A DNA stretch of 64,000 bases, taken from UHGV virus genome UHGV-0142425; one strand, given 5' to 3'. Positions 9,988 to 18,864 of the stretch are shown here, one piece after another; position 1 is the stretch's first letter, and each line of letters starts with the position of its first letter. The translations under genes and the position numbers were made by a program. The DNA comes from a virus. The notes below the pieces were generated by a model, which saw only the letters and a list, made by a program, of their open reading frames with translations, made no database searches and was not told the origin of the DNA.

Positions 9988-10110
9988 TCACTTAATAAAA
10001 CAACTCCATGCGTAGTTGATGATTTTTTCCCACGTAATATAAATCTGCACTCCGGCAGTAAAACCAAAGCCAACAATTGCTGAAAAAATCAAAACATTTA
10101 CTTTTGACAT
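9988..10110 (-). CDS. Small hydrophobic peptide, 39 aa (MSKVNVLIFSAIVGFGFTAGVQIYITWEKIINYAWSCFIK)
   Basis: Read manually; below the ORF-track size cutoff; single predicted TM helix. Confidence 0.35.
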   Translation of the reverse strand: MSKVNVLIFSAIVGFGFTAGVQIYITWEKIINYAWSCFIK

Positions 10111-10158
10111 TATAAATTTTCTCTCGGTGTCGTAGGTGATAGCACCATAATTGATAAT

Positions 10159-10392
10159 TTAGTGAGTTAGCAGCTCCATTTTTTGGATGATTTCCGCATG
10201 AGCATCATCGTTATCAACACTTAACTCGTTTAATGCCTCTCGCACCACATCAACTTCTTCTGGTTGGAAGAAATCATCTCGGTAGTCACCAAATAGAACC
10301 GAAACAAGCCTGCCACCAGCAACATCAAGATTGGCGCTAACAGGTGGCTCTTTACCATCCTCAAATTCGACTACAAAAGTTATTTTTCCCAT
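10159..10392 (-). CDS. Hypothetical acidic protein, about 77 aa
   Basis: ORF track 10159..10410; start at MGKITFVV. Confidence 0.45.
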   Translation of the reverse strand: MGKITFVVEFEDGKEPPVSANLDVAGGRLVSVLFGDYRDDFFQPEEVDVVREALNELSVDNDDAHAEIIQKMELLTH

Positions 10393-10474
10393 CGTTACCA
10401 CCAGCGACAAATTGAATACAAACCCAGTGCTGCCGCCATCACAATTCCTACCGTGGTGAATGCTTCAGGCCAGC

Positions 10475-11746
10475 TCATTGATTCACCTCCTGCGGCGGTT
10501 CTGGTAGCGGCATCCAGTGTGATGGTTTCCACGACGCACCAGGAATTATCCACCCATCATTAGCGTCAGGATGCCCCGGGATGTAAGTAGCCCATTTCAT
10601 TCGCCAGTCACCTTTCCTGTCAAACTCCACGGCAACAAGAACGGCTGTTTTGGTATCCGGCATTCGCTCACTACAGCTTATCCAACCATCCGGAGTTACC
10701 GGAGAGTTGCCAGCTAGTCTACGCAAAACAGCCTTAACAGCCTCAATACGGTCATCATCGCAACTTTCCAGCGTATCTATGCGATCGAGCATGATGATGG
10801 CGTTATCAATATCAGGATTGCCGGTCCACTCATTACCGCGATTGGATTCGGCAGCCTGGTTGCCAGATGCTGGTTGATTGTCGGCATGGCTATAGCTAAC
10901 AGCACGGCAGGCATCCTCAACGCCTTTAACTGCATCTGCGCAGTAGTTATAGCGATTGCATTCCACTAATTTCCGTTTGAGTTTTTCAATTGCCTGCGCG
11001 ACATCAGCCTGCATTACCGGAACTGGCGGAACGGCTGTTTGCTCTCGAACGTCATTAGTCGCTATCGGTTCTGCTGCCAACTGACTGGCATATTTGTTAA
11101 TGGTAACGATAAGCTCTTGCTCAGCCTCATCCAGACAATCATCGATACCTCGCCTGTCACCGTCAAAATCATCGAAATCGGCACGAATCTTGGCAACCTT
11201 CAGGATTGCGGACAACACCTCACTAGGAATTACCGGATAGTTGGTTGACGTTTCCGCGATTTCCCGAAAATTATTGGTTGACGAATTCTTGTTTTCCCGA
11301 AAGTTTCCGGACTGAAGCATGGCGTCGCTCCGCTCTATACCATCCAGCGCGATTCGCAGTGCCTGAATTGTGGTAGAGCTATCGTTTGGGGCTATTCCAT
11401 ATCGCTCGAATACAGCTAAATGGTTGCGCATAATCTCAGGCGTAAGCTCTTTGTAAGCATAAGCAAGAGGCTCTGATGCATTATCCGGCACAACCGACGC
11501 AGGCGCGGCAGCATAAACAGGAATAACGTCCGCTTGCTCTTTATTGCTTTCATCCGTTAAAGCCCAGAATAATTTCCCGGCCGGATGTTTGAAAATATAA
11601 GCAACTGGTTCTGCTTCCAGTGATGCCAGCGCAATTTTGTATACTTCCAGATCCATTTGTGCAGTTACTAAATCAGGATAACGATCCATAACCGTTATAT
11701 TGCGCTTAATCATCTCTATTAATTGTTCTTTAGTAAAAGTGGTCAT
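10475..11746 (-). CDS. Ead/Ea22-like N-terminal region fused to a DUF551-like C-terminal domain, 423 aa
   Basis: N-terminus MTTFTKEQLIEM...LASLEAEP; C-terminus WISCSERMPD...WMPLPEPP; pattern recognition, no search. Confidence 0.5.
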   Translation of the reverse strand: MTTFTKEQLIEMIKRNITVMDRYPDLVTAQMDLEVYKIALASLEAEPVAYIFKHPAGKLFWALTDESNKEQADVIPVYAAAPASVVPDNASEPLAYAYKELTPEIMRNHLAVFERYGIAPNDSSTTIQALRIALDGIERSDAMLQSGNFRENKNSSTNNFREIAETSTNYPVIPSEVLSAILKVAKIRADFDDFDGDRRGIDDCLDEAEQELIVTINKYASQLAAEPIATNDVREQTAVPPVPVMQADVAQAIEKLKRKLVECNRYNYCADAVKGVEDACRAVSYSHADNQPASGNQAAESNRGNEWTGNPDIDNAIIMLDRIDTLESCDDDRIEAVKAVLRRLAGNSPVTPDGWISCSERMPDTKTAVLVAVEFDRKGDWRMKWATYIPGHPDANDGWIIPGASWKPSHWMPLPEPPQEVNQ

Positions 11747-11756
11747 TCGTTATGCC

Positions 11757-11954
11757 TCAATACACAAAATCTGTTTTAAATTCATGGTTACATTCTGGAC
11801 AGCATGTTTCGTAACCTTTTATTTCTTCACATGCCTGTTTTGCTCCAGAAAATTCCCAGAAATCTGGATCACAAAGCAGATCGAAATTGTGACCGCATTT
11901 TGGGCATTCGGTATCAAGTGACAGATTCCAGTAAGCAGTGGTGTTTTTATCCAT
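11757..11954 (-). CDS. Small zinc-ribbon protein, about 65 aa
   Basis: CPKCGH...CCPECNH motifs. Confidence 0.45.
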   Translation of the reverse strand: MDKNTTAYWNLSLDTECPKCGHNFDLLCDPDFWEFSGAKQACEEIKGYETCCPECNHEFKTDFVY

Positions 11955-11955
11955 A

Positions 11956-12177
11956 TCAGTCTCCTTTACCCGCTGCTTTCTCCTGCTCTTTAGCAAGCCG
12001 CTCCGCTTCTCTGAAATCCCAATCCACTCGATGTGCTATATCAATTGCAGAACGCACGGTCCGTTCAATTAGCGTGTCCAGATTATCAATTGTCATTGCC
12101 ATATCTGGATTGCGAGATAAAATCTCCGCCCTCTGAATCTGCCAGTTGTTGCAGGTTTCAAGTAATGAGTTAGCCAT
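11956..12177 (-). CDS. Hypothetical protein, about 73 aa
   Basis: Start at MANSLLE with GGAAAGG RBS; stop/start overlap with neighbour. Confidence 0.4.
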   Translation of the reverse strand: MANSLLETCNNWQIQRAEILSRNPDMAMTIDNLDTLIERTVRSAIDIAHRVDWDFREAERLAKEQEKAAGKGD

Positions 12178-12178
12178 A

Positions 12179-12565
12179 TCACTTTCCTTTCCCATGAAGC
12201 ATAGCCGCGCGGCAGGCATTCCAGCCTCTTACCTCTGCAATAGCGGCAACAGCATCAACCGCGTACATGCTAAGAGGATTAGGCATTGGTTTTTCTTCCG
12301 GTACTACTGGAACGGGGGGAGCGGCGTAGACCTCAATAATTCCATTATCAATAGGCCACTCCCCATCCTTGATGTAGTCACTTGTGCCGTCAACTTGCTG
12401 TTCTGCAATGTGGAATGCACCTATTGGTTTTGCTTCCAGCGATGCCAGAGCAATTCGTGCCAGTTCTTCCGCTTCTTCTGCTGGCAGTACAACGTTGCTA
12501 CCAGGTCCGTATGTTTCGCGCCACTGCTGGATTGTCAGCAGGCGTTCTTTGGTAATAGTGATCAT
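12179..12565 (-). CDS. Ead/Ea22-like protein, 128 aa
   Basis: MITITKERLLTIQQWRETYGP...LASLEAKP typical of lambdoid Ea22-like proteins. Confidence 0.5.
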   Translation of the reverse strand: MITITKERLLTIQQWRETYGPGSNVVLPAEEAEELARIALASLEAKPIGAFHIAEQQVDGTSDYIKDGEWPIDNGIIEVYAAPPVPVVPEEKPMPNPLSMYAVDAVAAIAEVRGWNACRAAMLHGKGK

Positions 12566-13077
12566 GCTGCGTTTCCTTCTTTCTTATTAACAATTACACC
12601 GTCATATATTTCATTAAGGTGCCCTCTCAACTCCATGCGCCTTAATGCAGATAACATGTAATCGCATTCAACCTGCTTATTTCCAGTAAATGGCTTATCG
12701 TCAGGATTACCCCAACAGCAATTACCCTTGGGCCACCCATGTACTTTCCGTACTCTTCCGTTAACAACGTGAAGTAATCCCCAGCCAGGTGGTAAATCCT
12801 CAATTGAAATAATTCCCGGCTCACTAATAAAGAATCGCCAGTCTCCCATTCCAAGAGACGGATTTTTACGAAAACGCTTTTTTCTATCTGCCAACAAGTC
12901 AGCACGAGAACATTTCGCCTCTATCAGGCATGATGCTGAATTTCTGAATCCCATAGCATCTGGCTGTTCTCCGGTACTGGTTACAGCTATAAAGCGGTCA
13001 TGAAAACAAACCTTGAACCCGTTGCGCTTAAGGAACTTGTACGCAATCTGACAGAGTTCGCGGTGTGTTAACGCCAT
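12562..13077 (-). CDS. PD-(D/E)xK nuclease-fold protein, about 171 aa
   Basis: D...CLIEAKCSR (E-x-K) motif; start at MALTHRE with AAGGAGAG RBS. Confidence 0.45.
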   Translation of the reverse strand: MALTHRELCQIAYKFLKRNGFKVCFHDRFIAVTSTGEQPDAMGFRNSASCLIEAKCSRADLLADRKKRFRKNPSLGMGDWRFFISEPGIISIEDLPPGWGLLHVVNGRVRKVHGWPKGNCCWGNPDDKPFTGNKQVECDYMLSALRRMELRGHLNEIYDGVIVNKKEGNAA

Positions 13078-13078
13078 A

Positions 13079-13675
13079 TCACTCTCCTTTGATGCGAATG
13101 CCAGCTGCGCTTGCTGATTCTTCATATGCGCGTTTAGCAGCGTTAAGGATTGCTGTCAGTGGCGTATATCCGCCATCCATTCGGATTGTGTTGTGGATGC
13201 CAGCCATTGTGTCGCGCAATTTGCTGTGGCTAGCAGACAGTTCTGCTATGCGCTTCTCTGCGGATTCCAGCGCTGCAACCAATTCGTCTACAGTTCCGGC
13301 AGCTTGCAGTGCGTAATCGGTAATAGCCATCTCATGATCAATTTCAGTACCGTTCTCATTCGTTGAGGTGATAGCAAAATAATCAGAGTCGATTTCGTTA
13401 TCAGCTAAGTGGCGTAGCGTATCGGCAACAAGCTGACCGTTTTCGATTAACAGTTTCCCTACCGTTAGCGCAATATCCTCGTTCTCCTGGTCGCGGCGTT
13501 TGATGTATTGCTGGTTTCTTTCCCGTTCATCCAGAAGCGCCAGCACAATGCGTGGCGTTATTAAGGACTCAAATTCGGCAACAGCTTGCTCACCTCGCTT
13601 GTAATTCTTAATCTCACCTAAATCTTTCGCGTTCTGTGCTGCCTCACGCAGTGCCTGGTAATTAATTTCGCTCAC
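13079..13675 (-). CDS. Ead/Ea22-like family protein, 198 aa
   Basis: INYQALREAAQNA ... PRIVLALLDERE motif. Confidence 0.5.
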   Translation of the reverse strand: MSEINYQALREAAQNAKDLGEIKNYKRGEQAVAEFESLITPRIVLALLDERERNQQYIKRRDQENEDIALTVGKLLIENGQLVADTLRHLADNEIDSDYFAITSTNENGTEIDHEMAITDYALQAAGTVDELVAALESAEKRIAELSASHSKLRDTMAGIHNTIRMDGGYTPLTAILNAAKRAYEESASAAGIRIKGE

Positions 13676-14364
13676 TGGTTGCCTCCTTTGCGAAGCTGGG
13701 CAGCAAAGTCAACTAACCACTCAGTCATTTCAACCTTCCCTACCAGGTCTGAACCAGGGTGCATACAGCAATCACTCTGCGCCGCTTTGAAATCCTTATA
13801 CTCATATTCTTGGACCACCAGATTTTTTGCAGCTTCTATAGCAGCATCCACCCCCTGCGCCCGCACTTCAGACAGGAAAGCATCAGTGGCTGGAATGGGC
13901 TTTTGTGGTGATATAGCAATGCGAATTGTCTCAAGGTCTGGATCTGTTTCCGCTGCTGGCACCTTGATATAACCCATCTGCACCCCATTCATGATGAACC
14001 TGCGACGGTCATCACATATCGCCTTTAGCCCCACATTCTCCGCCACCAGCGCCGCGAGATTAGTCTCAAGCTCTGCAATTCGACACATAGCATCAATATT
14101 TGTGTCCTCCAGGCGCTTAATTTCATCCAGTAGAGCCAGCACAACTTTGGGTGGGATAGCCGCGATATAACGGGCATTGGCACCAGCGTTTCTCTGTCCA
14201 TCAATGCCAGGCCAGTCAATAAAGTATCCGCAATGCCTACCCTCAGACGTATGCGCAGGATAAGTGCCGTTTTGCCCCGGCAAAATATATGCTACCCATT
14301 CATCTTGCGTTGCCTGTTCCGCCGCCTCGCGCAGTACCTGATAGTCAATTGTCATTCTCGCCAT
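13672..14364 (-). CDS. Ead/Ea22-like family protein, 230 aa
   Basis: IDYQVLREAAEQA ... PKVVLALLDEIKRLE motif. Confidence 0.5.
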   Translation of the reverse strand: MARMTIDYQVLREAAEQATQDEWVAYILPGQNGTYPAHTSEGRHCGYFIDWPGIDGQRNAGANARYIAAIPPKVVLALLDEIKRLEDTNIDAMCRIAELETNLAALVAENVGLKAICDDRRRFIMNGVQMGYIKVPAAETDPDLETIRIAISPQKPIPATDAFLSEVRAQGVDAAIEAAKNLVVQEYEYKDFKAAQSDCCMHPGSDLVGKVEMTEWLVDFAAQLRKGGNQ

Positions 14365-15017
14365 CCTTCACAGTTGTAATCACTACAGCCTTCAAAATCA
14401 TATGGGCTGTACTGCCAGGTGATTTTTCCGCAATGCGGACAATTCCAACGCACCTTCCCGCTTCGCGACTTCTTTCTTCTGTTCTGCTTTTTCAACCAGT
14501 CAGGCATGATCAAACCTGCGCCCTGAACCATTGTTCTGCGGTTAAAGTTATTGATATTGAACGTCCGGCGCTTTGCTGCATCAGCAATGGAAAATGGCAA
14601 CCAAACTATTCCTGGTTCGTTTTTGTTGGCGACGCTAAAGATGGTCGCTTTACTGAAGTCATCTGTTGGCAATCCACCGTGTTGAAGCCAGTAAACATCG
14701 TTGCCGTTCCAGCTACCTTTTTTGTAGGCCACATACGCAGTGCAATCTGACTCAATCAGGCTTTCTGTAGGGATGTACTGGCAATCAACGTGCCACACAG
14801 CCATTGCATCCACGCTATCAGCGCAAACAGGCTGATCGATATCTCGTCCACAATTCCAGGCTTTTTGGGCTTCTTCCAGCGTGTAAACATGAGCGCGATC
14901 AATATCAGAACTGTAACCATTGCCGTTATGGCAATGGAATGAGGCGTTATTACCCACAGTTTCACGCAAGCACATCATGTAAAAGCGGTTATTCACTGGT
15001 TGCCTCCGCTTCCCCAC
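14352..15017 (-). CDS. Hypothetical Cys-rich protein, about 208-221 aa
   Basis: ORF track; start ambiguous (GTG at 15017 or ATG at 14978). Confidence 0.45.
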   Translation of the reverse strand: MGKRRQPVNNRFYMMCLRETVGNNASFHCHNGNGYSSDIDRAHVYTLEEAQKAWNCGRDIDQPVCADSVDAMAVWHVDCQYIPTESLIESDCTAYVAYKKGSWNGNDVYWLQHGGLPTDDFSKATIFSVANKNEPGIVWLPFSIADAAKRRTFNINNFNRRTMVQGAGLIMPDWLKKQNRRKKSRSGKVRWNCPHCGKITWQYSPYDFEGCSDYNCEGWRE

Positions 15018-15250
15018 GTTTTCAGACTTTCACCACAGAACGGGCAAAATGAAACTCGAATAGGCGATTTAGAAAATTCACCAGACCGCAGCATGATCAG
15101 GTCTTGTGAATGAATTAATTCATGGTTATAGATTTTGTATTTCAGCAGACCTTTTCGCGTCGTGTATTCAGCGTCATGCTCCAGGGATTGTGTCAACGCC
15201 GCGCACGGTTCTATCTTGTTGCCATTAATTTGGCATTTTGACTCACTCAC
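14993..15250 (-). CDS. Small protein with C-terminal CPFCG zinc-ribbon-like motif, about 85 aa
   Basis: GTG start with AGGGGG RBS just after the upstream stop. Confidence 0.35.
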   Translation of the reverse strand: MSESKCQINGNKIEPCAALTQSLEHDAEYTTRKGLLKYKIYNHELIHSQDLIMLRSGEFSKSPIRVSFCPFCGESLKTWGSGGNQ

Positions 15251-15824
15251 TGGTTGCCCCCTGAATACGCTCAAACTCTATTACCCACACCCAAGGATTA
15301 GCGTTCCAACTATCTTCGCCATAAATTGATTTCCATAGGCTACGGAAACCTGGGTAATGCTTATCGCCAATGAGGGTCGATTCTGTTGGTGCGCCCTCAG
15401 CCCTTGCATCGCATTCGCTGATATCGTTCAACCGCTCAACGCGCACGTTGGTAATTTCCAGAAGAATGCGCGATGCCCAGCGCGGCATGTGAATTGATGG
15501 AGTCCACTTTTCTGATACTGGTTTATTACAAACCTCGACCGGAACCCGGTGCGTTTGTTCTGTCCAGGAGTTACGCACGCTTGCGCGATAAACCAGCGTT
15601 GCTACGTCCGTCGCTTTGCCATGTACCCGGTAGGTTTCGCGAACCCAAATACGATCGCCCGGTTGACCATATGGACAATGCTTGGCAAGCAACTCTGCGG
15701 CCACTGCCCGTCCATAGAATTTTTCTTCAACAATCCTGCGAGTCTGTGTTTTATTCCCGCCAAGAATTGCCCGGACCATCTCATCGTTAAAAATCATGCC
15801 GCGCTCTTTCACTTCGCCTTTCAT
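15243..15824 (-). CDS. ASCH-like domain protein, 193 aa
   Basis: N-terminal MIFNDEMVRAILGGNKTQTRR resembles ASCH-family proteins. Confidence 0.45.
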   Translation of the reverse strand: MKGEVKERGMIFNDEMVRAILGGNKTQTRRIVEEKFYGRAVAAELLAKHCPYGQPGDRIWVRETYRVHGKATDVATLVYRASVRNSWTEQTHRVPVEVCNKPVSEKWTPSIHMPRWASRILLEITNVRVERLNDISECDARAEGAPTESTLIGDKHYPGFRSLWKSIYGEDSWNANPWVWVIEFERIQGATSE

Positions 15825-15833
15825 GCATCCCCC

Positions 15834-15920
15834 TTACCCATGTGCGACGATGCCGCCAAAAGTGATAGAGAACAGCCAGAAATAGATCGCGGCCATAATG
15901 ATTTTGAATGCCGTGTTCAT
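15834..15920 (-). CDS. Leader hydrophobic peptide, 28 aa (MNTAFKIIMAAIYFWLFSITFGGIVAHG)
   Basis: Read manually; CAGGAG RBS; first ORF after the C1-controlled promoter. Confidence 0.3.
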   Translation of the reverse strand: MNTAFKIIMAAIYFWLFSITFGGIVAHG

Positions 15921-16002
15921 ATTTTCAGCTCCTGTGATTGATTGGATACATGCCGCGCCTTGCGGCATGTTTTTATTTTCACTTTCTCTGTTTTAAAAAT
16001 CA

Positions 16003-16019
16003 AGATTTATTAGAGCAAT
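16003..16019 (-). promoter_or_regulatory. C1 operator (16/17 match) at the promoter of the long early operon running leftwards
   Basis: AGATTTATTAGAGCAAT = reverse complement of ATTGCTCTAATAAATCT. Confidence 0.7.
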
Positions 16020-16525
16020 TATTGCTGATGGAGAAGCGCGTTTTCATACTCCCTGACCATTAACGTAAGTACGCCGTGACTCCTGAAAACACGCGCCACT
16101 TCAATCTTATCTTCCAGCGCGAACGCGATTTTACTTAGACCAATTTTCTTAAGGAGATCAATCTTTGCTGGGCCGTCATTTCTGTCATCGGTGGCAGGAC
16201 GCATAGATAGCAAAGGCTCAGCCCCGTTTGTTACGTACTTCCGCAGCCAAGCTCGTGTTTTATCCCTTGCGATCTCACAGCGCCCGGTTACAAACCAGAC
16301 CGTGTAAACGTTAAATAACTGGCGCACCATATCAATAACTGGAGTGATGGGAGTATCGGTGTCACAGGCGAGATTAAACTCGTTCCAGTCCTTTGTTAAT
16401 GCACCTTTACCTGGTGGCGGAAGCAAATGCAGTCTGTCTTCAGTTGCCTCTGATATTGTTCCATCAATATCGACTATGACGATATACGGACGTTCCTGGT
16501 GTGCGTGTTTATTGAAAATACTCAA
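16019..16525 (-). CDS. HAD-superfamily phosphatase, 168 aa
   Basis: Motif I IVIVDIDGTIS (DxDGT); TTG start with GAGGAGGG RBS. Confidence 0.6.
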   Translation of the reverse strand: MSIFNKHAHQERPYIVIVDIDGTISEATEDRLHLLPPPGKGALTKDWNEFNLACDTDTPITPVIDMVRQLFNVYTVWFVTGRCEIARDKTRAWLRKYVTNGAEPLLSMRPATDDRNDGPAKIDLLKKIGLSKIAFALEDKIEVARVFRSHGVLTLMVREYENALLHQQ

Positions 16526-16543
16526 ATGCCCTCCTCATTGGAC

Positions 16544-16580
16544 GAAAAAAATGCTGGTGGGACGCACTCCACCAGCATTA
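16544..16580 (-). terminator. Rho-independent terminator (11-bp stem, U-run on minus-strand RNA) between the 420-aa gene and the HAD gene
   Basis: AATGCTGGTGG-loop-CCACCAGCATT flanked by A/T runs; contains a Chi octamer. Confidence 0.6.
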
Positions 16581-16598
16581 AAAGTGACACTGTAACTA

Positions 16599-17861
16599 TC
16601 AGCGAACGTAAATAGTGCCGCCGTTCTCTTTTTCCCATGCATCGCTACGTGCATAGCAAACATCGAGAAGTCTTCTTGCCGCTGTTTCCTCTAAACCCAA
16701 TTCGACAACCAACTGCTCATGACGGCGGGTAACCACATCAAACAGGGTATGCAGCCCTTTAGTTGCCAGATCATCAATGAATTCCGGTTCGAACGGCAGC
16801 TCTGCATCTGCCAACATAACCTCTTGCGCCCACTCGACACGGCGGACCAGTTCCGGGCGGCGGCTTTCCATCTCTTTACAGATCAATTCATGGAAGAACT
16901 CTACCCAACCTTCCGGCTGGAACTCGCGGAAAATTGCCAACGGCTGGAAGTTTGGCATCAACCATTCGTTGATTCGGATATCAATGGCATAGCCCATGTC
17001 GCAGCAGAACTGATAAGCAAAGTCCAGCTTAGAAACGATATAAGGACGCTCGTTATTGAACTCTTTAGGCGATGAGATCCCATAAGCCAGGAGGCGCGGG
17101 AAGAAGGAGATTTGCCCTAACGTCGGATGAAGTTTGCTTGCAGGGAAACGGCGCTCAGTAATGCCATACATTTCCTTCTTGAGCGTCGCAAATTTGGCAT
17201 TCTCATTAACCAGCGCGGTAACCTCTGCTTTTTTATTAGCAAATGCCACGCGCGCCTCGCTTGCATCTTTAATAGTTTTTTTGAGCTGTTGGTTAAGGTC
17301 GGCGACCTGCTTACGCAGTTCCTGTCGCTCGCTTTTAGCTTTGTTATAGCGTTTCTCAAGGTTAAAAGGATCAAGTTTCATGATCTCTTTATATTGAGAT
17401 TTTAGCGTTGAAATCTGTGAGTTCCGCAGTTCAACCATCGCGGTCATTTCATTGAGTTTTGTTTCCAGCTCAATGCTTATACGTTCGGCATTATCAGCAC
17501 GCTGGTTGGCGTCATGCGTCGCATCGTCGATCGCGTCCTGTTGCTGGCGTTTCAAATGTTCAATTTGCAGCTGAAGCTCTTCAATTTCTTTACCCTTCAG
17601 ACCGAGATCCAACTGCATATTTTCAGCTGCATCTACCAGGGAGTTATGGCTATCAGCTTCTGCGTTATAAACATCAATAAGCTGTGCGTGAAGCATCTCC
17701 GCTGACTGAACCGCATTATCAAAAAAACGCGCTGTGAGGTCATCACAACTAACGCGGCGTTGCGCGGCTCGGATGTTCTGGATAATGGCCGGGATACCGG
17801 CATTCAGGACGTCAGGGATAGATACATTTTCGATTGATTGGTTTTGTGCTGAAGTGCTCAT
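16599..17861 (-). CDS. Hypothetical protein, 420 aa, long central coiled coil and conserved-looking C-terminal domain
   Basis: ORF track; no Walker or nuclease motif recognised. Confidence 0.6.
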   Translation of the reverse strand: MSTSAQNQSIENVSIPDVLNAGIPAIIQNIRAAQRRVSCDDLTARFFDNAVQSAEMLHAQLIDVYNAEADSHNSLVDAAENMQLDLGLKGKEIEELQLQIEHLKRQQQDAIDDATHDANQRADNAERISIELETKLNEMTAMVELRNSQISTLKSQYKEIMKLDPFNLEKRYNKAKSERQELRKQVADLNQQLKKTIKDASEARVAFANKKAEVTALVNENAKFATLKKEMYGITERRFPASKLHPTLGQISFFPRLLAYGISSPKEFNNERPYIVSKLDFAYQFCCDMGYAIDIRINEWLMPNFQPLAIFREFQPEGWVEFFHELICKEMESRRPELVRRVEWAQEVMLADAELPFEPEFIDDLATKGLHTLFDVVTRRHEQLVVELGLEETAARRLLDVCYARSDAWEKENGGTIYVR

Positions 17862-17862
17862 T

Positions 17863-18081
17863 TCAAAGTTCCGTATTAGCTTGTGCTTCGGTCATTTTTC
17901 CTAAGTATGAAGGTGGAAGGACTACGCAATTTGTATCCAGTCCCTCACCTATGGCAGCCTGTAAAATTCTGGCTAAGGTGAGTCTCTTGTTGCGATACCT
18001 GGTGATGACATGCCTGATACCGCCGGTCGGCGTAACAAAGGCGATCAGCCAGTAGTGATATTTCCGTCGGAATGGCCACAT
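17863..18081 (-). CDS. Hypothetical small basic protein, 72 aa
   Basis: AAGGTG RBS; first gene after the C1 operator at 18096. Confidence 0.45.
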   Translation of the reverse strand: MWPFRRKYHYWLIAFVTPTGGIRHVITRYRNKRLTLARILQAAIGEGLDTNCVVLPPSYLGKMTEAQANTEL

Positions 18082-18095
18082 AGTGCACCTTATGG

Positions 18096-18112
18096 ATTGC
18101 TCTAATAAAAAA
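18096..18112 (+). promoter_or_regulatory. C1 operator (14/17) at the promoter of the 17863-16599 unit
   Basis: ATTGCTCTAATAAAAAA. Confidence 0.6.
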
Positions 18113-18134
18113 CGTGATGAGTGTACATCACGTT
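18111..18134 (-). terminator. Rho-independent terminator hairpin with flanking A/T runs, ending the upstream minus-strand operon
   Basis: AACGTGATG-AGTGTAC-ATCACGTT read in sequence. Confidence 0.55.
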
Positions 18135-18144
18135 TTAAAAATAT

Positions 18145-18161
18145 GGAATTATTAGAGCAAT
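18145..18161 (-). promoter_or_regulatory. Second C1 operator-like site (14/17) flanking the terminator
   Basis: GGAATTATTAGAGCAAT. Confidence 0.5.
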
Positions 18162-18162
18162 A

Positions 18163-18864
18163 TTATTCTGATTCTCGCTCAAAAAACGAGCTAATGAGGG
18201 GAAGCCAATCCTCTGACACTTCGCGAGGCCGCGGTTTGCCGTGGAAAAAGATTATTCGGCAGTCCTTTGGTAATGTCCCATTCCCCCTGGAGTAACGCGC
18301 GCTCGCATATTTTGAACCAGGTTCCACAACATCGGCCTTGTAACTTACAAACCATCCTGGATACAGATCCTGAAATGCTGGTGTATCATCGCCCATAACC
18401 TTCCGTAAAAACCCCTGATCACCCCAGCACTCAGTAGTGACACAACGAGAAATCCAACCTTCCGGATCTTGCCAGAATGAACTCCAGATATGTGCTTTTA
18501 CACTATTTGGTATCCACAGGGCACCGCTACCACGATATTGTGGATGGTAAAAATCCCTAAGCATGGTGAAGCTGGTTGGTGGATTCTCAAGGATTGGGCG
18601 TATATCACCGGCAATAACTGTGTCCAAATCCAGATAGAACAGATCATCGGTTATATCCGGTCGGAACAACTCGATTTTCGCCCACCAGCCACGGCACTTT
18701 TGCCACTGGTTGATCAATGGGACAACTTTGACACCAGGTACATGTAAACGCTTCAGGTCTGTCAGGCAAATAATTTCATAGCCTTTTGGCAGTTGATTAA
18801 CCAGCCACTGCACATCGGAAGCGTTATAGTCACCACCAGAGCGAAGAACTAAAGCAATCTTCAT
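18163..18864 (-). CDS. GT-A-like glycosyltransferase candidate, 233 aa
   Basis: FYLDLDTVI DxD-type motif; fold assignment is pattern-based. Confidence 0.4.
   Translation of the reverse strand: MKIALVLRSGGDYNASDVQWLVNQLPKGYEIICLTDLKRLHVPGVKVVPLINQWQKCRGWWAKIELFRPDITDDLFYLDLDTVIAGDIRPILENPPTSFTMLRDFYHPQYRGSGALWIPNSVKAHIWSSFWQDPEGWISRCVTTECWGDQGFLRKVMGDDTPAFQDLYPGWFVSYKADVVEPGSKYASARYSRGNGTLPKDCRIIFFHGKPRPREVSEDWLPLISSFFERESE

Noticed and set aside
15949-15980. Plus-strand rho-independent terminator
   Set aside because: No plus-strand gene ends upstream; reinterpreted as a leader structure of the minus-strand operon
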